In this document: positions 1 through 15,000 of the stretch, piece by piece
Numbering within the stretch: position 1 is the first letter of the stretch
How the letters are laid out: each line of letters opens with the position of its first letter
Origin: Tubiluchus corallicola
Lineage: Eukaryota; Animalia; Priapulida
Assembly: GCA_030141605.1 (NCBI GenBank)
Contig: JAQGDQ010000285.1
Location: forward strand, 198,002 to 262,001
DNA: 64,000 bases
Direction of reading: 5' to 3'
Translations under genes and position numbers: made by a program
The notes under the pieces: generated by a model
What the model saw: only the letters and a program-made list of their open reading frames with translations
The model's database searches: none
Told to the model about the DNA's origin: nothing

Positions 1-22
1 GGCGACGGCGTAGAATGCTCAG
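1..22 (+). CDS. cbEGF exon, 3' end only (GDGVECS)
   Basis: ggc gac ggc gta gaa tgc tca g|gtaaaa. Confidence 0.8.
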
Positions 23-3000
23 GTAAAATTTAATGTTCACATAAGGTTTGTGTTCAAAAAATGCATATGTATTGAGTTTGTAATGATAAGTATAAGTTAT
101 TGTTTAACGTGACGCAATATCAAGTGAGATATCAAATACGCTACACTACTCATATTTTGATATTTGCAAAATTCTTAAAGAAAAACTGGACTCAATCTTA
201 AACTGTTGTTCAAAATAATCAACTCTTTAAAACATTGAAAAGGAGCACACTATTTTTTCAAGAATGATGTTTGTGAAAGAATTATTACCATACAAATGCA
301 ATCCCGTTGCTAGTTCTTCGCTGTTATGTACATTTCATCATTCGTTAATTAGATGTGCACTAGCGCTTACATTACGGAAATGTGTTGCACAAAATAGGTG
401 CTGTACATCTCAGTTCAGAGATGTTCGTTTGTGACGTAGTGCAAATGTTCAAGAGTTCATGCGTGACCACAATGGTAAATTTAAAATTTGTGTTTTTATA
501 TTAAAATTTACTATCTCACATTGAATCTCATACAGTAGCGGTGTACTTCAATTTTCACTTTCACAAACACATGCCAGACATTCATGAAATTTTGGGCTGT
601 TAAAAATTATGTTCAGTTGTGTTGTCATCACTAGTTGGGCTTGCCCGCCATTAATTATGTATCTAATCTATTATTTAGTTATTAGAAATGCTTTTGCAGT
701 ATTATTGGTGTTAAAATGTATACTTTTTACTTCACTTCAAAATGGGGTAGGATCCTGTTTTCCTTTAATTACATAATTATGTTTACTGCTAACTATTAAA
801 GTTACTCTCAATAAACACTAAGACGTGTCTGATTTTGGCAATACATACTGAGTAACTTATTTTACAGAGAAGCAGAAATCTTGTGTCAATCAATCAGTAT
901 TTTACAGTATGCAGAGAACATTTGGAATACAATCACAGTAAAGATGTTAAATAATTTTCTGCATTTTTGTTATTCGTTCTCTGCCAGCTAAGTGCTATCC
1001 AGTCTTAAATGAGTTTCAAATAAAAATAATTGAGAAAACAACTAGGTTTTCACCTACCAATTTATTTTTTAGATGCAGATGAATGTGAGTTGAGAACAGA
1101 CACCTGTGACAGAGCTAATGCTCAGTGTACTAACACAGAAGGAAGCTTTGAATGTGAATGTAATGACGGTTATACTGGAGATGGTGTCATATGTGAAGGC
1201 GAGTTACAGGATTTCATTGTGCAAAACTAATTTATTATTGTTTTCATTTGAATTTTATTTCTTATTTATTTATTTAGAATGTATATTAGCACTTTTAAAT
1301 CTTTTAGATTATCAAATCTCCTACCAAATATTTATCACAGTCAAAACAAAGAGCATTTAGAAACAAGAGATTCCAAAATAGTATCTTTCTTAGTTTCTTT
1401 TTGTTTGGTGAACGAGCCTACTTTTGGTGAACCTACTACATGTGGGTTTCCCTTTTCTGCTGTCACTAGAGTTATTTTTGGTGAGCTGTTACTAGCTTTA
1501 GGTGAATAACTTCTAAACAGTCAGTACTCAGAGGTATTCATGAACGAAATGCTGTAATTAGGAAATACCTTGCTTTTGCTGCTTTTCAAAGTACCTCCAT
1601 AGACTACAGCATTCAGACATACCAGAGGAATTTAGTAAATTAACTGCATTTTTAAAGGATGAGCTTAGTTCGATCCTGCGAGACAGCGAAACAATAATTC
1701 TTCTTGCATTTTATATTTTATATTTTACATTTTTACAGATGAAAATGAATGTGTACTTGGCACACATAACTGTGACGAAAATGCAGTTTGTCAGAATACC
1801 GATGGCGGATTCACGTGTACCTGCAAGCAGGGCTATTCTGGTGACGGCGTGACCTGTGAAGGTGAGATTTAGATATTTTCTACATATTGAATTATTCCTA
1901 GCACAAACAAAATTTCCAACATGACGGTTTGTCTTGCTGTAGAAGACAGCTATGAAAACTAGGAAATAGGCCTGTAATGATACATTGATGTATCAATGCA
2001 TCACGATATCTTTTATTATGATATGCACATCGCCAAAGTGCAACAGTAATATGATAATCTGAGTAATGATGTTTAGCAAATTCGCATGCGCTTGACCGTA
2101 TGCTGATAAAAACGATTTGAAGTAATTCAAGATGCAGCTGTACAGTGTGCTGTATATACCTGTCAATCAGTGCAATGAACAATCGTTGACTTGACGCGAG
2201 ACACTGCTAGCAGCCAAAGCGGTTGAAAATGCAAGGTGTTTAATCTCTAGTAGGCAAGTTACATTGTTTGTATATAAACTTGTTAAATGACAAACATGAA
2301 CCAGAGAATGCACAAGTTATTTTTAAACCTAAAGTATTGATATGTTTTGCCTTTCTGTTGTGGCTTATGATGCAAACAATAGCCTCCACACTACACAAGG
2401 AATAAATACAAATCAAATAGTTGTCGCTTTGGCATTCTTTAAACTGTTGATTGATAAATATATTTAACATTAATTAACAACAGTTTCATATAGTTGTTTA
2501 TGAAGTATGGTGATGCGCATCATATCGTAAAGTCGGTACGTGCATCGCATAATGAGCTACTTGTATACTAGTAGCCCTACTAGCAAATTACATTGTAAAA
2601 ATGGAACTGCAGTGAAAGAATTTCATCAGCTGGCATTAATAAAGCTGTTCTATTAACTACTGATCAGGCTCATTCTTTCTAACTGGGCATGTAGAATACA
2701 TGTCATATACCTACAGTATATCTGAATCAATGAGATTACCACATTCTGGAACGTTGTCAGAAAATTGTTTCCATGGTAACCACAATCTTACTCACAGGAT
2801 TCATGAAAAATGTCAGCAGACACCTTCTATTGTCTGTAAATTAGTTATATGAATTCTGTTCTCTGGATATGTATTTATGTTCGTGTCTTGATCTGCTAGA
2901 AATTTATTGCAAATATCTTTAATAAATTTAAAATTGCATGTTTTATAAATTTAATTTTGTCTTTTATATGAAATTTATGATAATTATGCTATTGCGAACC

Positions 3001-6000
3001 TATGTACTTTAATTAGGTAAACATTCATTCAAGATTCTTGCAATGTTAGTCAATTTTTTTCTGTTATTATGTGCCTTATTATGTATGTAGTTTTTTGTAT
3101 TTATAGTAAATAGTGTATGTATTTTAATTATATAAATATGTTTCACTCGGATACTTGTTTTTTATTTTTTAGCTAATTCCCCTTAATCTTATAAATGAAC
3201 TTTTTTCATATGTTTCTCTTTTAATTAAGGATTCTTTAGGCTACAGTGATTTAATGTATTTTAATTAAGTAATGTTTTCATTCAGGATACTAGTGTTTTT
3301 GTATTTTTATCATAAAATAGTCTTTACAGATTAATGTTCTTTGTACTCCAAACCAACATTAAATTAAGTAAACTATAATTGTTGCTGTAGCAGCTTATCT
3401 TGGGTGGCCATTGAGCAGGTCTGGGGTGATTTCTTTAAAAAAAATAAAGTAACCTGCTGTAAAATTTTTTCTGTAGCCAAATCATGTAGAAAGTTTCTGT
3501 TTTTTTTTGTTGTTGTTTAACTTTTCATGTTTTATAAATGGCATCTTATTGCAGATGATGACGAGTGTGCCCTTGGCACTGACAACTGCCATGCTGAAGC
3601 TATTTGTGAAAATACACCAGGTAGTTTCACCTGTACTTGCAAAGATGGTTACACTGGCAATGGATTGAATTGTAATGGTAAGACTTTGATTATTTTAAGT
3701 ATTTTTAATGGTTGCTAAGTCTAATTAATATTTGCTAAAACTTATTAGTTCGTTCACCATAAGTTTAATGTGTTATTAGTTTATTAGGCTGTTAGTTTAA
3801 TATAAACATTAATATTTAACTGTTAAATGGCAAGTAATAGCAGATGCTTGCAGTGATTGTATCTATCGAGTATTTTAATTTTTGCACCAAATAAGTGCAA
3901 CTAAACGCACATGTCTTATGACTGATGACAGTCTAAAGCTATTTACAATGTAAAAATACAAAAAAACTTGAACTTCATTTACCTAGATAACGATAGCATT
4001 CACGACAGTGTCGAGAATTTTGGCAAGACCAACCAGAACTGAATTTTTCATTTCTACTTTTAATTTAGCATACGTTGGTACTTTATAATTTCAAGTTTTT
4101 CTTTGAAATTGTAGATGCAAATGAATGTGCTGCAGACAACCTTAACAATTGCGATGACAATGCTGAATGCACAAATACCATTGGTTCGTTTGAATGTGAT
4201 TGCATTGAAGGTTTTGAAGGTGACGGCGTGTCATGTGCAGGTATGATTGCAAATAGAGCTTTAGCCGCTTACAATGTAAATTTCTGAAAAGTAGAATGCC
4301 TCTGTGGTGTAACGGATAGCCTAGCAGCCTGGAATTGCAGATCTGGGTTTGAGTCCCTGTTGCGGTGCAAAATTTTTCAGAGTTTCTAAAGTAATGTACT
4401 ACTTTTGTCTGCTTACTGGATTGCTTTCTTAAACAGCTTTTTGTTTAATTTTCCTTAATGATGTGTTGAACGTGAAATTGTTGAAAGCTTCGTTTATTAC
4501 AAAAAGTATACCTTCTGCTGCAAAATCATAATTATATTACAAATAAACAGTGTAATTTAATGCATATATTTTGCTTTGCTTGTAGGCTTTATGTGCTGTA
4601 AATACATGATAACCCAAAGGTTTAGGCTCTTCAAAGAAAAATTATTATTATTGCATTTTCAACATGGCAGTAGTAATTTATTGTGGTTTGTTGATTGTAA
4701 TGAAATAATCCAATGTGTCTGTTGACTTTCAGACATTGACGAGTGTACTGATGCTAGTGATGACTGTGATGACTATGCTGAGTGTACAAATACAGACGGA
4801 AGCTTTACGTGTCGGTGTCTGCCAGGATTTCGAGGAAATGGGCTCTTGTGTAGCGGTAAGTATGACTCCCACATTATTTGGGTAGATTGTGACATTCTTT
4901 TACAACTTTAGATTCGTAATGGATGTAAAGAATGCTTGCTTTCACATTGTTATTGGGCATACAATTTTGTTAAAAATGACTGGAATTTGAATCTTCCAAA
5001 TTTTTTACTATCTTTATTTCACACATATTTTTTGTAGATATCAATGAATGTGAAGAAATGCTAGACAACTGTGACATACCAGAACGAGCATTTTGTACTA
5101 ATACCGTCGGCAGTTTTACCTGCAATTGTAACACTCCTTTCTGGGAAGGAGATGGCATCACTTGTACAGGTGAACAAATTTACTTCTTTATTTACTTATC
5201 TATAAAATGCAAGAGAAAAAGAGCTTGAATTAAATTTAGTTCATTCTGGTGCAATGACATTTCGAAACATACAAATCAAAAATACAAAAAACGAATTGCA
5301 TCATACAATGGCAAACAGACTTACTCAATTATACAGCATAATTAACTGTAGTAGGACTACAGCATTTACTGTTATAAATTACTAACTACAACCGTACTAA
5401 AACAACCACACTACGTTATGCGCATTACCGTTTACTTTGTAGTATTGTATGTGTTTTACATAAGTGCGGTGCCCAATTAGTAAATTATTACCCCGGGTTC
5501 TTTACCCCACACATGCTGCAGAACAGTATAAACACTTTGGACATAGTTAATGAAGAACACAACACTATACTTCAATATATATATATATAATCTCATCAAC
5601 TGCGCTCTTTCTGTGTTGAGGGTTTGAATATTATCCACAAATTAGTAAAATTAAAATCCAATGACGATCTAACTAATGTACATAGGGATTGCAAATTACC
5701 TTTTTTAAAAGCTAAATAGCAATGATAAACTGATTACAAAACAAATAAACATACGTTCAGCAAATTACAAAGAAACATAGATAACTAATTCATCATAGTG
5801 TCCTCCGCTGTAGTATGTGTTCGGGGACCCGCTTGTCGCATGGCCCAATTTGAACAAATCTGTCTGACTGTGATGTGCTATGATGCACTGAATTTGATAT
5901 AGCGTGATGCTGTGCTGTAAATAAACATTAGTAAAGAAGTATTTTGTATTAAAGTCTCAATGCAAAAAGGCTGAGTCACAGTAAAGCTTTTAATAGTTTT

Positions 6001-9000
6001 GCAAGTTTAAATTTGATTCTGTTGTTTATGAGGCTGGTCAACATCCCAAGTGTTATCCAAGTGACCAATGCAGCATCATATGACTGCAGTGATGTGCCCT
6101 AATGAGCACTACTGTGATCTGCTGACCGAGTGTCGATATTGTCTTTTCAGGAGATAGGAAAGCTGACGTTCTTTTGTGATGTATATTTATTTAATCACCA
6201 CTTGTTTTCTTAGATGTAATCTAAACCACTTTTTTACAATAACGAAGCATTGACGTTGTGCCGCACTGTAATAACTATTTCTGGTTTTGATTAGTCAAAA
6301 AATGATTGGTTATCTTAGCTTAATTTGAAATGTGTTTGATTTTGTTGCAGATGTTGATCAATGTGCCCAAGATCCTTCACCCTGTCCAGGTTTAATGATG
6401 TGTGTCAATTTAGAAGGAGCACCTGGATTTTCTTGTAGTGGTAAGTACAGCAGCTTAGAATTTTTTAATAATTCATCCCAGAGAAGCAGCCAGTGCAAAA
6501 AAGATGGCTCACGCTGGGGCTGTTATAGCAATAAGGAATTTACTAAATTAACATTGGTTAAACAGTTTTGAAAATATCTAATAACGTGTAATCAAACATG
6601 TAATAATAAGATCTCTCGCTTCTCTTGTGTTGAAATTTTGCCCTTTCAATTACCTTTTATCATTAGAAGATTTTCTTTTGCATAATAAAGGGTTGTTCCA
6701 AACTTCAACCAGTGAATTTCCTTCAGTGATATATTTTAAATTTATTTGTGTTACTAATATGAGGTGCAATTACTTGGCAATACTGAGTGTAAGAAACTAC
6801 TACTTCATAATGCCCAAAGTCATGTTTGAGTAGCTTTGTTACAGTTTATCTGTAAGAAAAATCATAACAAGATATAGCAAACTAATTTGAGCTTAGAAAA
6901 AAGAAACAAAGCAATCAATAATAAAGTGACAGTGAATAACAAGAAATGAACTTACATCATGGCTCTACTACTCCTGATAAATGAATGGTTTAACTGAGTA
7001 AACAACTACAACAACTTTAGCTAAGAACAGACTGCCAACAGACCAGGTAAACCAGCTCTGCCAGTAGTGCATGACATAAAGAAGCCAAGTCAAGGAATTC
7101 ATGAATGCAGTTTAAAAAAGAGACACAGCATACAGGAATTAAAGAATGAGACAACACCAAAGTAAATATTCTAAAACTCGCCACACTGTGACTACCTTCA
7201 CCAGTGTGAGGTACTGCTGGTTCTGTCAAAACCTGGGATTTGGACTCTCCAATACTTTTATTGGCTTACATATTTAGTAACAAACATTTAAGCTTAGGCC
7301 ACCATTTGGTTGAAAAGTTGAAAATGATGGCTAAAATGGTGGTAGCAATGATAATTGTAAGACGATAGCAATGATAATGATGATCCTAGTGAAAATTGTG
7401 TCAAAAACTCAAAATGGTGATAGTGGTGCTGAAGATGACGAAAAAAGAAGACAGTGATGATGATGATGATGGTGGTGCTGACGATGACAGATTATGTCAT
7501 TCACTTGTTAGCATTTGTAATTAAAAATAAAAAATTTAAACGATAGTAATAGTAAAAAAATAGGCTCCAGTTTCTCTTTAATGACTGCTGTTAAATGTGA
7601 TTAAATTTCAGACATGGATGAATGTGAAATGGGCACTGATAACTGTGATGAAAATGCACGCTGTAGAAATATTGAAGCCAGTTTTGAATGCATCTGTAAT
7701 GATGGCTACTTTGGCGATGGTGTCACATGTGCAGGTGATTATTGCTAATTTTGACATGACAACGATGGTGACACCTGGGGTGAAACTTAAGCTTTGGATA
7801 TTTGACGAAATTGATGAAGTATCTAATTCTCTTTTTTCGTGTTACAAAATGTTATTCAGATTTCAGATTGTTTGGCCTCCTTCAAAAACATGCTTTTAAT
7901 AACACAGTGCTCTATAGTGTTACCAAAGTAAAGACATATATTACAACTAGTGCAATTCATTATTCTGCTGTTTTGTGTTCTATGCATTACCTCAAAGTAA
8001 CCCAAGTATTCACAATTTCTAAGGAGTTAAAGAATGCTTATTTCACTTAAATGAATGCTGTTATTAAAATTGAAAAATTAATGTTTCTAAATGTTTTGAT
8101 GATACATCATGACGATGGTTAGTACATAATATGCGTTATGTTTTGATTAAATTTTAGCTTACCTGCCAATGTCCAACTGTGTATAGTATAAATAACTTAG
8201 TATTGATGGCTAAGTAAAAATAACTTAGTAAAAATAATATAACTCTGCATTGGTTGTTTAATACAGATATTGATGAATGTGCTGATGGGCTGGATAACTG
8301 TGACCGTGTTAATGGAATGTGTGAGGACTCTGAAGGTAGTTTCACCTGTGTTTGCAATGAAGGCTACGCTGGAGATGGAGTCATTTGCTCTGGTATGATT
8401 TTGCGCTAGCTTTTTAAGAGAATGAAATGTGATTTTAAGTTCATTTTGTTACTTTGATAAAGTGATTGAAATATTGAAATCAAAGCAATGCTGAATACTA
8501 TAATTATGTGTATAGGATGGACTTTAAAGCACTTCCTTAGTTTCTTAAGACAGACAATAGTTTGCTTAGGACTGGTGAAGAATGCCCCTTTGGTCTTTTC
8601 TCATCCCACTCTATAATTATATTTATACAATGTTACACTAATTTTTGTACATATGTTCCATGTTCTATGTAATCCTTCACTGTTTGAAACCATCTGATTA
8701 TGTTTGGTATATTTGTGTTTTTAGATTTTGACGAATGTGCGCAGGACACAGATTTCTGCCCGGTGAATTCTGAATGCATAAATCTCGAAGGAACGTATGA
8801 CTGTGTGTGTAATGAAGGGTTCACCATGTTTGGAGATGTCTGTGTTGGTATGTTATATGATGCACTGTCTAACAATAAAGTAGGTCACTATTTGGAATGC
8901 TTAATTGAATTAGTGAACAACAAAAGATGGGTGAGAAATAAATAAAAAGGAAACTTTGTTTAAGAAAATGTCAAGGTTATTCGATAAAGCTATCAGAGAT

Positions 9001-12000
9001 GAATGATTTCAGATTTCAGATTTTAGATCAGATATAGTTTATTTCCATATGAACAAACATGAATTAGTTATGTTAGTACAATATTAAGTATAGTACATGC
9101 AGTAAGGCTACTTATTCACAGTTGAATATAGGATTGCAAGCACTAATGCTGCCTGTTCCTGAGTTGCAAAACATGGTAATAAATCCAGTACGTGAGTTCA
9201 TAGGTCCTTGATCAAACTCTTCCTCCTCCCCCACCCATTGACCAAATTCGTTTAAAGGCCTATATAACCCCAACAGACATTGAAGTTTGTTTAATGCTTT
9301 ATTATGATTACACAAAGAATTCATTTTTATTATTAAACAAAAGAAACTTTGGCACAAGTGAACGAAAATGACCTGCATAGTACACAAAGCGTCTTTGGTT
9401 ACCGATGTTTGTTTACCGATCTTTCATGACCTTGCGACTGTACTTATTATGTCGTTCGTCTTGTGCAACAAAAAATGGCGTTTCTTCAAATTTAATACCG
9501 CTAACAATGAAGTGATAAAAAATCAAACTAAACAAGTTTTACAGTAAGTTTTTAAAAAAACTAAATTGAATATTCGTAATGAGAGTAGGATGTTAAGTTG
9601 TGAAAGCTTATATTATACTGAGGATTTAGTTTGACTTTAAGTAAATTTCTGCTTTCTGAATGAATGTGCGAAATCTCTTTGGTTGTTTTGCTAACTTCAA
9701 ATTTTTCATTAGATGTGAATGAATGTGAGGCTATGCAGGACGACTGTCACATTCGTGCAGACTGTACTAACACCATTGGAAGCTTTGACTGTGCGTGTGA
9801 AACTGGCTACTCTGGAGATGGAGTAAGAGCTTGTACAAGTATGTTCAACTTTTACTTCCCTTTTTCACTTTAGACAGTTCCATTTACAAGAATTACAATA
9901 AAAGTTGTAATGGTCTTTTTAATTATAATTTATAAATCATAATGTTATAATCTACCTGAGAAGAGAATATTATTGAGTAGTGCAGTTCCTTTTAATGGCT
10001 AATGTTTGCTTAAAAACTATTACATTATCGTGTAATGCACCAGCAAATCTAAACTAAATTTTTTTTGAGTGTAAGTTTTATCTCAATGCTGGGTATTTTT
10101 GAAATGTTTTTTTTGTTTTTGTCCCGTAATCGCTCTTTATTCACTAGCTGTGCATTATATGATTTACAGACATTAATGAATGTGTGGAAGATTTAGCAAA
10201 CTGTGACGAATCAGCAACCTGTGTAGATTCCGACGGTAGTTTCATGTGCATTTGTCGAATTGGATACACCGGTGATGGCATTACATGTTCAGGTAGGTTT
10301 TTTTGCTTATATCAACACATATCAATGGTGATGGTTTAATTAATTAATAAAATTTGAAACTAAACTTGATAAACAGAAAATGTGGGCTGTCGTGATTGCT
10401 AGCGAACACGGTAATCTTGCGGTCGTGGCATCTGCCTTGTAAGCAGAAGGTCAAATCCAACTGAGAATAAGTTTTTTACCTTATCTATTGGACAAGTTTG
10501 ATTTCAAGTTTAGTTAGTTGTGGGTCTGCATTAATAGTAATCTTGATGCTTAGATTATAAATGACAAGTAAAGTTAACAATTCCTCACATACAAGCAATT
10601 AGTTCATAAAGCGGATTATGATTAGGGTTAGGTTAGCGGTTAGGATTGGTTTAGGGTTAAGGTTAGGATTAGGGTAGGGATAGGGTTAGCGTTATTGTAT
10701 TTAAATTGTGTGGGGAATTGTAAATAGCCTATTAATGGTCATAAGTTAATGATTAAATAAAGGAAATCGTCACTGTTCATTGTAGTTCTGTTTTTGCAAT
10801 ATTAATTTGGCACCTTGTAAATTAGTAAAAATGCCTCGATTGTTCAAGCTGTTCATGACATTGCAATTATAAAATATAGATTTTGTGTTACTTCAATAAT
10901 GCCAAGAACACTTCTTGATCATGATGCAAAGAGCTGTTTGATTGATTGATAAATTGTTCATCGCCATCAAAATATACATAATTGGTAAGCAGTTAAATAT
11001 ACAATGTACACTGCGACAAGCAATGTGGTAGCATACCAGTCTGTCATTTTATGATAAATAGACTGTTAACTGGCAATAGCATCATTCTGATGTCCTACTG
11101 CAGTAATCTGTAATTAAGTATATTCAGTTCACAGTAACTGCCTTAACATATGTAAGCATAATTACTCAATTATATATTTATTAGCAGCATATTGTGTTTG
11201 TTACTTTTCAATATGTTGATTAGCAAAAATCGTTTTTGTGTAGATATTGATGAATGCGCTCAGGAACCTTCACCCTGTGGACCGGGAACATCTTGTGAGA
11301 ACACTATTGGAAAATTTGTCTGCAATTTAATTGGTAAGTCGCCGTATTTTGTTTGCCAGCTTTTAAAAAGTTTTTAATTGTACTGCTTGCTCATTTATAT
11401 TGCTTAATTACCCAAGTATACTGCACAACGTCTGAATTGTTTATACACTTCGTCACACTGCAAGCCAAAATCCAGCATTCAAAGGCAGGATGTACTCAAC
11501 AAGATGTTTGTTTTGTGACTGAAACCTGACTCATATCAAAGGACATTTCTTTAAGATGAGCCACTGAACAAAAAGAGGTATCTAAGCCGTATTCATATGT
11601 ACTTACATTCTCCCTGTAAAAGGTAAACAGCTAAGGTTTATGGATGATACTGCTCAGAGTGAGCATCGAACCCACAATGGCTGCATGCCAGCCACATACA
11701 GTGTGTGCATTATCCATCAGCCATGAATCTGCAATGAATTATTTTGAAGTGTGTCACAAATGCTACTAGATTCACTTACAAATGATTGATCAATAATGTG
11801 CGACTATCTCACAAACCATCTTTTTTATGTGATAAATATAGTGGATGACTCACAAAAGTAGCATGGACTCTAAAATGGCTATATACGAGTTTGTAATTTG
11901 ACAGTAAAAAACCTTTAAAGTGGAATGCCGAATTATACCGCTCTCATTCCGTACAGCAGAGGACTTTTGAAAAGATGCGTACAGTTTTTAGAGTGTTTTC

Positions 12001-15000
12001 TTCTTACTCTGGAGCTGGCTTGTTTCTCTCCAAAATTATCCCGAGGTTTTTTCTCCAGGCTGTTTGTGCAACTTTTAGTCAATTTGTGTGGATCTTTTCA
12101 AAATACCACGTACTACAAAATCATAAGCCTCATAGAAAGCCGTCTGTCTATTACTGTTTGCAATGGCTCTGAATAACATATAGTATACTAACTGTTGCCG
12201 TTGTTATGTTGTATACATAATGAGTTTGTCACTTGTAAAAAATGGCTGGCTGGTAATAGTTGCAGGCCAGAGCCGTGTCGTTTCAGCTGAGCTCCACCCG
12301 GTTTATTTCTATAGTCGACCTAGCCAACAAGAAACCCAGCTTTAGTTGCGCCAGCCACTCAGTGATGGGAGTTGAGCTAGCTGACATTTTTGCCAGCTGT
12401 GAAGACTTTAACTCTTGCGAACAAGCCACTAGCATAGCAGTGTCTAATTTTTAACTGGATTACTTCTGTGTTCATCTGTCTTGATGGCAGATTTCTTTCA
12501 TTTTAGAATTCTGCCTGCCCAATGTGTACAATTGATGTAACGAGCACATGATGATGATGATGAAATCACCGGTTGAAATATGGCAAACACATTGTGGATT
12601 TGCGCTGTGCTGGCAGAGATACTAATCTTTAGAAATTTTTGAATAGAGAAAGCAATCAATTTAAAATAAATACACAAATAGGCAATGTTAGTCACACGTA
12701 TGGGATCATTTTGATGTTTTAGTATTGTTTCGTCGGTAATCAAGATAGGCATCGCCAAGAGTCGAATTTAAATTAAATCTACAACAAATCCATTTTATAA
12801 TAATAAAAACTTGCTCTCTAATGCATTATTTGAATTCGTACGTCAGCTTTTTTCTGTGTATAAGCAACACAAATTATTTAAAAAATTTGTCTCCGTAATT
12901 TAACAGTTAACTAACATTTCATCATTTATTTAGCTAAAAAAATTCCCAGCTTTAGTTGACTTAGCTGATTTTTTCTTTAAGCCAACTCAGATGAAAAGTC
13001 AGTCAACTTCAGCCGAGCTAGCCTATTTACTGTGTGTCAGCTGATGTAGTAGCAACTGTCTCAGCTTCAGCCTCTAGTAATAGTGTTTCACTTGATTTTT
13101 TGTGGATTTGTTTGAGCTATTTCTATAATACTGTAGTTTCATCTGTAATAGTGAAAAAAACAAAAACTTTATATGTTGGTTATTATGTACCTCAGTTTTA
13201 TTATAATCCTGTTAAAATATGTTGCAGCGTGCCTGTGTGTTTGTGTGTTTATGTTTCGTATGAAATTACTCACCGCTTTAACTTACAAGAACACTAGGTT
13301 TAGAGTGGAACGCTCTGAAACATTAAAGTTAGTGATTTAAACGAAAATAATTTATATATGCACATTCCCCAGACACACTGACTTAATTTCTTCAACCTCC
13401 TTAACTGCCTTCAGGGTGGTGGGGGATATTAGTTCCTGAAATGGTGATTATAATAGGAAATACTTCAATCAAGTCTTGCTTCATTTTATAAAATAAGTTT
13501 AGCAGTTAGTTGGAAAACGGAAAGGTGTGGGTACCAATTCACACGTGGAATTACGTACCCTGGTGGTATCGAATTTGCCGTACTTGTAGAGTGAATTAGT
13601 AGTGGAACCACCTCTAAGCAATGACATAAGGTCTAAATGATTAACCAGCCCTGGGACTCTGACTTCATCACTGGATTTGCCATTTTTCCAATGAGAGATT
13701 CTGGTGGAACCACCCCCTAGAACAAAAATACAAGGTTTAAGACCATCTGTACCAAATTTGCCACTTTCATGGCATATTGCAGGAATCTGCAATTCTTATG
13801 TGTTTTACCATTAATTGCAGCAGCACATTCTCAAAGTAGATCATAAGAAAATTTTCCTTGATGGTCCTACAGCATGTTTTTGATCAATTCTTGGAGCTGT
13901 ATTTTGGATGATGACTTCTGAATTCCTAGGTGTTGGGATTACATCATGTTTCCAAAAAAAGCATAAGGCCAGTAGCGTGCAGTCAATACGTGCAATGCAT
14001 GCTGTCTAAGTTCTGAAATATGGCAGTTGTGTCATCTAATAACTTAATGACTTTGTATGAGTCTACTGATCTCATGGAGCTAATGATTTACTGGAGATAA
14101 TTCTAGTTTTCGTCACAGCTACCTCATTCCTAAGTAGAACCAGCAGTGTAGAAGCAATAGACCAAATATTTTATACAAGGATGAGCGGTGATGACATTCC
14201 CTTTTCGAAAGTGAGCATTCTAATGTGGAGTGCATTTCTGTATTGCTAGCATTCACACTTATTTTGTTCTTTATAGAAATAACTACTGCTGCACCAATAA
14301 CAACAGCACCAACAACGGCAGCTCCGATAGAAGTCACCACCGGTATGTGAAACATGTAGATTTGTTATTTAGAAATAGACATAGATGAAACTTTGAAGTG
14401 TTAGCAGTTAATATCAGAAGCATACAGTTTCTTCTCCTACTGTTGCAGTTCCTGGCCCTACAAAGGAAGGCCCCGATGTTAGCCCCCCAGAATTAGTTGA
14501 GACAACAACAATGATGACAGGTAAGGTTGCAGCAGCTCACACTCGTGGTAGAATTGCTTTAGTATAATGCTGAAGCTTCTGTCTTGTTTTATATTTAAGT
14601 ACCTCTTGCAAAGTATAATGCTGCTAGTTCTAATTATTTCACTCACCTATCTAGTATCACAACAGGAAGACAACTGTTATCATGACAACAACAACAAAAA
14701 TGAAACTCCTCAAGTAAATAATTAATCACCAGAATAAAATTTTAAAATAAGAAAAATAAGAATAACAATGTTAGAATATAGAAACGGCAACACAGAACAA
14801 GAAGTTCTTATCACACAATTAAGAATAAGAATTAACTTTTGGAACAATTATAACAGTAACAGAAAGAGCAACATGTGAACATGAAAACTCTTGATATGCA
14901 ATTAATAATGAGAATCAAAAATCAGAATAACAATGACTGAAACAGCAAGACAACTTTAAACCCCAGGCATGTAACTAATATAGATAATTAAATTTTGGAA

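Noticed and set aside
4298-4370. Functional tRNA gene
   Set aside because: A/B boxes only; no complete cloverleaf. Treated as a SINE remnant.
12260-13080. Possible DNA transposon with recurring cccagctttagttg/tcagctga motifs near both ends
   Set aside because: I could not define convincing TIRs or a TSD by eye.
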